Positions 48,652 through 57,333 of a stretch of 64,000 bases of DNA are shown here, piece after piece. The stretch's first letter is position 1, and each line of letters begins with the position of its first letter. The notes under the pieces are model-generated. The model saw only the letters and a program-made list of their open reading frames with translations, was not told the origin of the DNA and searched no databases. Location of the stretch: positions 100,994 to 164,993 of the forward strand of contig JBEKXU010000002.1 of the NCBI GenBank assembly GCA_049511715.1, read 5' to 3'. Position numbers and translations under genes: made by a program. Source of the stretch: Anaerolineales bacterium. Its GTDB lineage: Bacteria; Chloroflexota; Anaerolineae; Anaerolineales; RBG-16-64-43.

Positions 48652-49604
48652 TAGGAAGAGTGCACTCCTGGGCTGGAGGGAGCCATACCGGAGATCTCCG
48701 CTTCCCCGATAGACTCTTACCTCCTTCAATTCTGGTTCCAGAGCTGGGGCATAAGGGCATCAATTGCGGGTCGTTTGGGACCAACATCCTAGCCAGGGAC
48801 GATTTCATATTGCGTTTCTAGTGCCTCTACACTGCCAAGAATTGATGCCACAGGTCTGAGTGGGAATGCTGCTTGTTTGGAACTTGAGAAGCTGAGTTGG
48901 GCCCGTCAAAGTTACTTGGGGTGGTGCAAGTGGTTACGGACCCTTTCCCCCTTCTATTCTTGTCCCTGCTTGACTCAAGACTGGAGTTGCGCTTCTTTGG
49001 GGAGTATTCTCAGAGGAAGTGAATTCATTTTGAATTCTGTTTGCAGGATTGCTTTTTCAGCCTGAGGCATTCATCTGGATTCTTCTCTCTTCCTGCTCGC
49101 CAGCCATAGGAATTCAACTGCAGATCAAAGGAATTGCGTGGAATGAAAAGGGGTCCAATTCCGGACTCCTAACTTGCGTGGATTTTCCCCGACGGGGAAA
49201 TGCCAACGAATTGATTATTTGCTGTTTTGCGGTTTCTTGAGTAATTCCGCGCAGATTTCAATCGCGAGAATATCTTCAGCGGGAATATAGGGTGCTTGAA
49301 TTCCCTCGGGTTTCTCGCGAGAAGAGCAGGCACAAGACGAGATAACCTGGGAATATCGCCTGCCGGTCGGCCGGTAATGGTTCGATTTCCCATATCAAAC
49401 TTCGCGAATGCTGAAGCCGATCTCGTTTCGGATTCGGATGGCGATCAAGGGGGGCATGAATTCGTCTGTCCGCGGCTATTCCACCCGCCCGGGAAACGGG
49501 TTGGCCCCGCCAACCCCGCACCTGACCCGCCTGGGCAAGCAGCGAGTCTCGGCCAACCGGCGACCTGTGAGAGAATCGGATCAGGCCCGCCGAGGGAAAG
49601 GACC

Positions 49605-50228
49605 ATGCCGGATCTGCGCATTCTAATTGTAAGCAAGGACATGCTTTCTCGGGCCGCCCTGGCTGCGGTGCTGGGTGGAGCTCCTGGAATCGAGGTTGTG
49701 GGCCAACTGCCGCCGGGCAACAATCCGGCCGATGAAGCTGCCCTATTTCATCCCGACGCCATCCTTTTCGAGATGGGTCCCGAGACTTCCGGTCCGTACG
49801 ATCTCATCACCGCGCTGCAAGAGGTAGCCCCGGTCGTTGCCCTCCTTTCCGGGCCGGATAACTTCCCGGCCAGCTGGGAGGCTGGCGCTCGCGGACATCT
49901 GCTGCGGGACGTCAGCCCTCAGGTTGTGACCTCGGCGCTCGTGGCCGCTGCCAACGGCAACCTGGTCCTGGGTCCCGAGTTGGCCGAGCAGGTAGCTCCC
50001 CGGGTCGCAGCGGACGGATCTACTTCTCTCGATCTTCTATCCCCGCGGGAACGAGAGGTTCTCCTGCTCCTGGCCGGCGGCCTTTCCAACAAGGCCATCG
50101 CCGGCCAGCTCTTGATCAGCGAACACACGGTCAAGTTCCACGTGAATTCGATCCTCCGCAAGCTCGGAGCGCAGAGCCGCACAGAAGCTGCTATGGTTGC
50201 AGCTCGATCCGGCCTGATCCCAGTCTGA
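49605..50228 (+). CDS. NarL/FixJ-type regulator with LuxR HTH and an atypical (probably non-phosphorylatable) receiver
   Basis: The HTH is LSPREREVLLLLAGGLSNKAIAGQLLISEHTVKFHVNSILRKLG. The receiver has SK in place of the acidic DD pair, Glu56 at the phospho-Asp position (AILFEMG) and Arg at the conserved Lys position. Confidence 0.8.
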   Translation: MPDLRILIVSKDMLSRAALAAVLGGAPGIEVVGQLPPGNNPADEAALFHPDAILFEMGPETSGPYDLITALQEVAPVVALLSGPDNFPASWEAGARGHLLRDVSPQVVTSALVAAANGNLVLGPELAEQVAPRVAADGSTSLDLLSPREREVLLLLAGGLSNKAIAGQLLISEHTVKFHVNSILRKLGAQSRTEAAMVAARSGLIPV

Positions 50229-50340
50229 CCTAACCGAAAGTCTAGGTCCCAACTGATCGAGTAGAGGATGTCCTCGACCCGACCCGAGGGTTATGCTCCT
50301 GTTCAGTTGGAATTGGAGTCCAATGCATGGGAGGCGGAAC

Positions 50341-51237
50341 ATGGCGATGAACCTCAGGAGTTTCTCCGACGAACTGGCCGGGTTGGTCGAACGAGCTTCG
50401 CCCAGCATTGTGCGAGTGGAAGGGCGCCCGCGACTCTCCGCCAGTGGAATCGTCCTCTCCAACGATGGAGTGGTCGTTACGGCCCACCACGTGCTTGAGC
50501 GCGAGGAGGGCGTCCAGGTTGGTTTGGCCGACGGAAAGGTAGTAGGGGCGAAACTGATTGGACGAGATCCGGCGATCGACCTAGCTGCACTTCGGCTGGA
50601 GGGCGGGGCGGTTGCTGCGGGAACCTGGGGGGCCGTTTCGAGCCTGCGTGTCGGCCACCTCGTACTTGCCCTCGGGCGGCCAGGTAAGTCCGTGTCTGCC
50701 ACGCTCGGAGTCGTGAGCTCGATGGAAGGGAGCTGGGGAACACCAGCCGGAGGCCGCATGAGTGCCTACTTGCAGACCGATGTTGTTATGTACCCGGGAT
50801 TCTCAGGTGGAGCCTTAGTGGACGCGGAGGGTAACCTCGTTGGCATGAACACTTCGGGAATTCTGCGCGGCGCAAGCCTCTCCATCCCGGCCGACACCAT
50901 CAGGCAGACCGTGGAGATGCTGCTTCAGCACGGCCGGGTTCGCAGAGGCTTCCTCGGGCTGACAGCCCAGCCGGCTCACCTGCCCCGCCCCTTGGCCGAG
51001 AAGCTTGGACAGGAAACCGGCTTGCTCATGATCTCGGTCGAGCCCGGGGGGCCCGCAGATCAGGCGGGTCTCATGCTTGGGGACACCCTCGTGGGAGTAG
51101 GCAGTCTGAAGGTCCGCCACTTGGACGACCTGATGGCCGCGCTTGGCCCGGAGACCGTGGGCCAGAAGATCCGAGCCCGGGTGATCCGAGGCGGGCAGGA
51201 GCGGGAGCTCGAGGTCACTATCGGGGAGAGAAAATAG
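50341..51237 (+). CDS. HtrA-like S1C serine protease with one PDZ domain, no signal peptide
   Basis: The triad context is VVTAHHV, DLAALRL and GFSGGAL. The PDZ is LLMISVEPGGPADQAGLMLGDTLVGVG. GGGAGG lies 6 nt upstream of ATG 50341. Confidence 0.8.
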   Translation: MAMNLRSFSDELAGLVERASPSIVRVEGRPRLSASGIVLSNDGVVVTAHHVLEREEGVQVGLADGKVVGAKLIGRDPAIDLAALRLEGGAVAAGTWGAVSSLRVGHLVLALGRPGKSVSATLGVVSSMEGSWGTPAGGRMSAYLQTDVVMYPGFSGGALVDAEGNLVGMNTSGILRGASLSIPADTIRQTVEMLLQHGRVRRGFLGLTAQPAHLPRPLAEKLGQETGLLMISVEPGGPADQAGLMLGDTLVGVGSLKVRHLDDLMAALGPETVGQKIRARVIRGGQERELEVTIGERK

Positions 51238-51245
51238 GTCTTTCT

Positions 51246-51872
51246 GTGTGTCGATCGGAGAGAGCTGCTGTGCTTCAGGAGCTAAACGTTGAATTCGCAG
51301 AGGTAGTCGGGACTGCCCGGAAGAGCCTGCGCTGGGTCCAGAACGGGAGGCGCGGGCTGGGCACCGCAGTGGCGATCTTGCCTCAGGGTTGGCTCTTGAC
51401 TAACGCTCACGTTGTGTCGGGATCGACGAAGGTTCAAGTCGGAAGCGAGGGCGAAGAGGCAACAGAGGCTAGCGTCCTGGCCTACGACGAGAAAGAGGAT
51501 CTTGCACTTTTGAGGACCGATGGCCGTGCAACCCTCATCCCCCTTCCCCTCGGCGATTCAGGATCGCTTCGTGCGGGCGATTGGGTCATCGCTCTAGGCT
51601 ATCCCTGGGGAGGCCGGACAGCCGTAACTTGGGGCTCGTTGATCGGCTTGGAGAACAGGGCCCCCGACAGAGGGCGGACGGGGCAGGAGTACCTGGTCGC
51701 CGCCATCCCCATGCGACCAGGGTATTCGGGGGGCCCGTTGATTGACGCAGGGGGAAATCTCGTTGGCTTGAACGTGATGATGACCGGGCCGGACGTGGGC
51801 CTAGCCATCCCCAGCCACCTGGTGCGCAGTTTCCTGGGCCGCGTGCTGAGCAACAGCCAAGACCTCGCTTGA
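51246..51872 (+). CDS. Trypsin-like S1C serine protease without PDZ, no signal peptide
   Basis: LLTNAHVV, DLALLRT and GYSGGPL. The likely start is GTG 51270, after GGAGAGAG. Confidence 0.75.
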   Translation: MCRSERAAVLQELNVEFAEVVGTARKSLRWVQNGRRGLGTAVAILPQGWLLTNAHVVSGSTKVQVGSEGEEATEASVLAYDEKEDLALLRTDGRATLIPLPLGDSGSLRAGDWVIALGYPWGGRTAVTWGSLIGLENRAPDRGRTGQEYLVAAIPMRPGYSGGPLIDAGGNLVGLNVMMTGPDVGLAIPSHLVRSFLGRVLSNSQDLA

Positions 51873-52769
51873 AGCGGCATGCGGCCATGCTGAACTCCAA
51901 CCGGCACAAGGCGGAAGGGGCCCCAGTCGCCCATGGGCACGAGAAGTGCCCGATGGGGGAACATCTACGACCTGGCAGGCCCTTTGTACACGGTCCTTGG
52001 TTCCAACTCCCAGTCAGTCGAGCCACATTCATGTGTTGGGTGTTCCTTCGCAGAGGTGATCACTGACCTCAGCAGACACCCGGAAACGAAGTCGCTCGGT
52101 CCCGGTGGCATGCCATGCACATGTCAAACTGCTGGTCTTCTGCAGCGCATGGAGATCGAGGTCGTTGGGATTTGCCATATCGGCAAGGAGGCAAACGAAC
52201 TGGAGCTTGTGCAAGCCGAATCGATTCTGCTGGAAGATGAGGTACTTGCCACTTACAAGCCAAATGCGCGGGGGTCAATACAGCCAGTTCTCCAGCAGAT
52301 GCCCGCCAGCCGTATCCAAAACGAGACCGGTTGCAGCCTCCGCGAGATCCACCATAGTGTACAAAGCTATCTAGGCACACGCCCTGTGAAAGGCCGCGCT
52401 GCCTTGGATTTGATTGTTGCTGATCTGGCAGGCTGTTTCTTCGGAGAACTCCGAACCGGATGGCCCTCTTTGAACCCTTTCCCATTGGGCGCTCGTCGAG
52501 GCCGATGCGTTCTATACAAAATTGGAGGTTTTTGGTACAGTTAATGGGTGCGGCGGTGACCGAAGCAGTGGAGTTGCGGAATTCCTTGCTTGGAGGGCAG
52601 CGTTTTCACCAGGGTTGGATTGCATTGCGCGTTCTGGAAGCGCAAGACTGCTGAATGCTCTGCCACTGTTCCCAGTACGCGAGAGGGCTGTGAGCAGCCC
52701 ACTAACCTTCCGCCGGGAAGCACTGCACGCTTCCCGGCAGGGCAAGACTTTGAGTGATGGAGGTCTCGG

Positions 52770-52970
52770 ATGAAAATAGCTTTGGCGATCATCGGCGTCC
52801 TGCTGATCCTGGGAGGAGCGATTTGGTTCTTTCAGGGGATCAATGTCTTGCCGGGGAGCGCCATGACAGGCCAGATGAAATGGGCCATCTATGGTGTGAT
52901 CGCGGTCCTAGCAGGCGTGGTTCTCCTCATTCTTGGCGTTCGGCGAAGAGTTTCCAGTGGAAAGGATTGA
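52770..52970 (+). CDS. Small two-TM membrane protein (66 aa)
   Basis: GGAGG lies 6 nt upstream of the ATG. The hairpin topology is MKIALAIIGVLLILGGAIWFFQG..GSAMTGQMKWAIYGVIAVLAGVVLLILGV, followed by a basic tail. Confidence 0.55.
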   Translation: MKIALAIIGVLLILGGAIWFFQGINVLPGSAMTGQMKWAIYGVIAVLAGVVLLILGVRRRVSSGKD

Positions 52971-54043
52971 TCGTTCCGGGGGAATAGATTGAGGCAGCCT
53001 GTCCAGCTGGCGGGTGACTTCGGAGCCGGCTCCCAGCGACCAGCTGTCTCGTACCATCGCACAGGAAGACCAAAGCTCGCCGCCAGCCCCCCTCCAAAGG
53101 TGGCAGGGGATCTGAGCCTGATCCATCGTGGCCGTGAATAGTGGCAACGGCTTGAGTGCCGTGATTGCCAGTTCTCGCTGACGCGACACCCAGACGGAAG
53201 AAGAAGGCGCTTTCCTCATGTCCTCTTCCTGGCGGAAGCCTGGCTAAAAAGCCTGATGGGATATGGCTCTTCCACCGCCGAAAAGGCCTGACCTTGGACT
53301 GTCCGAGAAAAGGGCGATTCTCCCCCTTCAACCTGGTTCCGGCTCGCCCGTCAGTTCCTCTCGGCGCCGACGGTATTCGATGATGGGGGAATCGCCTCGG
53401 ATAAGTTGTTCAGCAATGCACAGTGCGGATCCAGGGGACTCACTGGTCTCTACGACCCGCCGGTCCTGGTGAGCGACGTACGCAAGGGAAGAAACCTCAT
53501 GAAATTCCTCAGACTGAAAACTCAATTTCCCGAGCAGAATTTCAAGGAATTCACTGCATTCAAAAATACCTCCCGAAGAAACGTAACTCCAGCGCCGAGT
53601 CAAGCAAGAACCAGAAGAATGGGGGAAAGGGTTCTCAACCGATTCTAAAATCTCCCCCAAGTAACCTCCACGCGTTCGACACCATTTCGCAAATTCAAAT
53701 CAAGACATGACCCGCAACACTCCAGCCGTCAAATCTTTGCTTTGTCCAGGCACCGGAAAACCAATCTCCAATTGCCCCCTGACCAGGAACACAAGCGCAA
53801 ATCACCCAATTCATCATCTCATTGGCCGATATTCGAACAAAGACTGAGGGGTCAAGCGGCAATCGGGGCGCTAGGGGGATATCCTCTACGTCACTTGTCA
53901 CCCAGTTGTGCACTCTTGGAGGGACCTGTAATATATCCCCCGAGTCGCTTGACACCTTCTTTCACGGAAAGGTATAATCGCGATTCTGGAAAGCCAGCTA
54001 TCTTCTGTCAACGCGATGCGTGTGCGCGAGAAGCGAGTAGGTG

Positions 54044-54244
54044 ATGCCCCCTCATCCAAAACGGAAGCTCAGTCGTGGTCGACGGGACCGCAGGCGGGCT
54101 CACGATGCCCTCGCGGCGACCCCTTTGGTCGCTTGCGGGAATTGTGCCGCCCTCATTTCGCCTTATACGGTTTGCCCCAAGTGCGGCTACTACGGTGGGC
54201 GACAGGTCTTTGAGCCCAAGAAGAAAAAGGCTAAGAAGGAATAG
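54044..54244 (+). CDS. rpmF: 50S ribosomal protein L32
   Basis: MPPHPKRKLSRGRRDRRRAH...CGNC......VCPKCGYYGGRQV. Confidence 0.9.
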   Translation: MPPHPKRKLSRGRRDRRRAHDALAATPLVACGNCAALISPYTVCPKCGYYGGRQVFEPKKKKAKKE

Positions 54245-54250
54245 CTCGGC

Positions 54251-54279
54251 AAGGCCGTGGTCGCACGGCCTTTTCGTTT
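54251..54279 (+). terminator. Intrinsic terminator after rpmF
   Basis: 9-bp stem aaggccgtg / cacggcctt with loop gtcg and a T-rich tail. Confidence 0.6.
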
Positions 54280-54338
54280 CTGCACCCTTCGTCTTCCTTT
54301 GCACCCCTTGGATCTAGGCCCGAGATGGTGAGGCCTCC

Positions 54339-55289
54339 GTGGACCCTCTGACGACCTCGCTTGCCCTCCTTTTTCCGGGACAGGGTTCCCAGTTCGTAGG
54401 CATGGGGAAGGATCTGGCGCTCGCCTCCGAGAGCGCCCGGGCGACTTTCGAGGCGGCCGACTCGGCCCTCGACTTTTCCCTCTCCAAGCTGTGCTGGGAA
54501 GGCCCGGAAGGGGATCTGAACCTGACCCAGAACACTCAGCCGGCGATTCTCGTTCATTCGGTTGCGGCTTGGCGGGCTCTTCAAGAGCGGGTAGGGGACT
54601 TTCATCCGCGTTGCGTGGCTGGCCACTCTCTGGGCGAGTTTTCCGCTCTGGTGGCGGCCGGGTCTCTGATGATGGAAGACGCCCTGCGTCTGGTCCGGGA
54701 GCGCGCCCGGCTGATGACGGAGGCGGGAGAGCGATCTCCAGGTGGGATGGCGGCTCTGCTCAATCTGGGGGTCGAAGAGGCCGAGGAGATCTGTCGTCAG
54801 GCAGCCGAGGAAACCGGGGAGTTTGTGGGGGTTGCCAATGACAACTGCCCGAGCCAAGTGGTAATCTCCGGAGCCCTGCAGGCCTTGGAGCGGGCCATGA
54901 CCCTCACGAGGCAACGCGCTGGGCGACGTGCTTTGCGGCTGGCGGTCAGCATCGCGGCCCACTCTCCCCTGATGCGCCCGGCTGCAGCCGTCTTCGCGAC
55001 GGCGATCCAGTCCACCCCGATGTCTGCCGCGGGGGCCCCGGTCATCGCCAATGTCACCGCCGAGGCAATCTCGCAGGTGAGCGAGATCCGGCAAGAGTTG
55101 GAGGCTCAACTGACCTCGCCGGTGCGGTGGACCCAATCCGTGCACACCCTAGTCGCGATGGGCTGCTCGCGGTTCATCGAGCTGGGTCCGAAAGACGTAC
55201 TCACCGGTTTGTCACGGCGGATCGCACCCGAAGTGCGGGGCCTGAGCATCGGAACCGCCGCGGACTTGGCCGCCTTCGACGGGGTATAA
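54339..55289 (+). CDS. fabD: Malonyl-CoA:ACP transacylase
   Basis: LFPGQGSQFVGMG, the GHSLGEFSAL active-site Ser and AHSPLM. Confidence 0.92.
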   Translation: MDPLTTSLALLFPGQGSQFVGMGKDLALASESARATFEAADSALDFSLSKLCWEGPEGDLNLTQNTQPAILVHSVAAWRALQERVGDFHPRCVAGHSLGEFSALVAAGSLMMEDALRLVRERARLMTEAGERSPGGMAALLNLGVEEAEEICRQAAEETGEFVGVANDNCPSQVVISGALQALERAMTLTRQRAGRRALRLAVSIAAHSPLMRPAAAVFATAIQSTPMSAAGAPVIANVTAEAISQVSEIRQELEAQLTSPVRWTQSVHTLVAMGCSRFIELGPKDVLTGLSRRIAPEVRGLSIGTAADLAAFDGV

Positions 55290-55389
55290 TTGTTTGAGGG
55301 TCCTCGTTGATCTGGCACGTGCCTCGCGGCTGAGCAGAAAATCCTGAGGTCCATTGGATAAGCCGAGCACGTTCTCCAGCTCTTCCCAG

Positions 55390-56133
55390 ATGCTCAATGG
55401 GCGGGCCGCGGTGGTGACCGGCGGCTCGCGTGGAATTGGACGAGCCATCGCCCTCGAGCTGGCACACCGAGGGGCGCGCGTCGTGGTGAATTTCCACCAG
55501 AACCATGAGGCGGCGAGTGAGGTTGTCGAAACGATCCGCAGGGAGGGTGGGGAAGCGATCTCCTTTCAGGCCGATGTTGCGCTTCTGCCGCAGGCGGAAG
55601 CGCTCATCCAGGTTGCGGTCAAGTCCTTTGGGCAATTGGATATCCTCGTCAATAACGCCGGCATCACCCGCGACACCCTCCTGCTCTCCATGTCCGAGGC
55701 AGATTGGGATACGGTTCTGGACACGAATCTCAAGAGCACCTTCAACTGCTCCCGCGCCGCGCTGAAAGGGATGATCCGGCGCCACTACGGGCGCATTATC
55801 AATGTCACCTCGGTCTCCGGGCAGATGGGCAACCCGGGGCAGGTCAACTACTCGGCGTCGAAGGCCGGCCAGATTGGGTTCACGAAGTCGCTGGCCCGCG
55901 AAGTGGCCTCACGCCACATCACGGTCAATGCGGTCGCTGCCGGGTTCATTGAGACTGACATCTGGGCCAAAGTCCCGGAGGAAGGTCAGCAGGCCCTGCT
56001 GAAGCTGATCCCCCTGGCCCGAAAAGGAGCGCCTGCGGAAGTGGCCTATGCCGTTGCGTTTCTGGCCTCGGATCAAGCGGCCTACGTCACAGGACAGGTG
56101 CTGGGGGTGGACGGCGGCATGGCGATGATGTAG
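55390..56133 (+). CDS. fabG: 3-oxoacyl-ACP reductase
   Basis: VVTGGSRGIGRAIA, NNAGI, YSASKAG and VNAVAAGFIETD. ATG 55390 gives 247 aa. Confidence 0.9.
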   Translation: MLNGRAAVVTGGSRGIGRAIALELAHRGARVVVNFHQNHEAASEVVETIRREGGEAISFQADVALLPQAEALIQVAVKSFGQLDILVNNAGITRDTLLLSMSEADWDTVLDTNLKSTFNCSRAALKGMIRRHYGRIINVTSVSGQMGNPGQVNYSASKAGQIGFTKSLAREVASRHITVNAVAAGFIETDIWAKVPEEGQQALLKLIPLARKGAPAEVAYAVAFLASDQAAYVTGQVLGVDGGMAMM

Positions 56134-56142
56134 GAGGTAGCC

Positions 56143-56508
56143 ATGGACACAACTCCTGCGCCCGGGAAGACCTTCGTGGCCCCTGGCGTGCTGATCACAG
56201 TGGCCAAGCTGGCCGCCCTGAGCGTTCCCGGGGTGATTCGGATGAGTCCCATCGCGGGCGGGGTCAATCGCCTATTTCGGCGCGGCTGGGCAGAGGGCGT
56301 ACGCTTGGAGACCGAGGGAGAAACTGTCTCGGCCGATCTTTTCATTGTGGTGGCCCAAGGCGGGAATGTCCAGGATATTGCCCGCGAGGTGCAGCGTGAA
56401 GTGGCCCGGGCAATCCGAGAGATGATCGGGTTGGAGGTGGGTCGGCTGGATGTGCACCTGGAAGATATCGAGGTCACGGATCCGAAGGGTGCGACAGCGG
56501 GGCGCTAG
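56143..56508 (+). CDS. Asp23/Gls24-family envelope-stress protein
   Basis: ..ITVAKLAALSVPGVIRM..., of typical size, and in the typical position before nusB. Confidence 0.75.
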   Translation: MDTTPAPGKTFVAPGVLITVAKLAALSVPGVIRMSPIAGGVNRLFRRGWAEGVRLETEGETVSADLFIVVAQGGNVQDIAREVQREVARAIREMIGLEVGRLDVHLEDIEVTDPKGATAGR

Positions 56509-56574
56509 GGGCGTTTCGGACGGAGTAGAAAAGGGAGTGAACGAACAGGAGCCCATCTCCGGGTCCGAGCCAGT

Positions 56575-57030
56575 ATGAAGGGTAGACGCAAGGCACGCGC
56601 GGTTGCACTCCAGGCACTTTACGAGGTCGAGTCCTCCTCTCACTCCCCCGGGGCGGTTTTGCAACAGCGACTCGAGGCGACCCCTCTGAGCGCCGAGCTT
56701 TCACGCTTTGCCGATCAATTGGTGCTCGGCGTCTTGGAACACCGCGGGGAGCTCGACCGGATGATCGCCCGCCATGCGCCCGAATGGCCGGTCGAGCAGA
56801 TGGCGCTGGTTGACCACAACATTCTGCGCATCGCGCTCTGGGAATTCGCCATCAGTGGGGAAACCCCGGCACGCGTTGCGATCAATGAAGCCGTGGAACT
56901 GGCCAAGGCTTTTGGCTCGGAAACGTCGGCCCGGTTCATCAATGGAGTGTTGGGCAGCTTGGCCGAGGCCGCCGGGGCAGGGGGAGCAGCGAGAGGGGAG
57001 CCCAAGTCGGATGAGTTGCCGACGCGATAA
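56575..57030 (+). CDS. nusB: Transcription antitermination factor NusB
   Basis: RRKARAVALQALYEVE.., DHNILRIALWE and INEAVELAKAFG..SARFINGVLG. Confidence 0.9.
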   Translation: MKGRRKARAVALQALYEVESSSHSPGAVLQQRLEATPLSAELSRFADQLVLGVLEHRGELDRMIARHAPEWPVEQMALVDHNILRIALWEFAISGETPARVAINEAVELAKAFGSETSARFINGVLGSLAEAAGAGGAARGEPKSDELPTR

Positions 57031-57333
57031 ATCCTTTGGCTTTGGTCCGCCTCGGATTTCGATGGCCGGCACAGGGCGCACGCGCCGAGCGGCTGGCCGA
57101 GGATTGGGCCCGCTGATAAAGGGATCAGCAGCCTGGGTCGAACGTCATCTGCCCTGCGCGGGTGGACCTGGAGAGCGGGCCGGCCCCGCGGCCTGCCCTG
57201 CCGATTCTGGTTGAACCGACTCGGGATCGGGGATCCCGGGTTGCACGACGGCTGGAACTCTCTCGAAATCGGCGCTGGAAGGTAGCCAGGTTCTGAAACG
57301 GGGAGGGCTTGGCGCGGAGAAAGGGAAGGAGGG

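Noticed and set aside
51933-52544. A 203-aa ORF in the low-GC stretch.
   Set aside because: It has no SD, no recognisable motif and an odd composition. It is not called as a feature and is mentioned only within the island finding.
53328-53955. Two adjacent minus-strand ORFs (86 aa and 110 aa) that might be one frameshifted gene.
   Set aside because: I could not assign them to any family from sequence alone. Calling them a pseudogene would be speculation.
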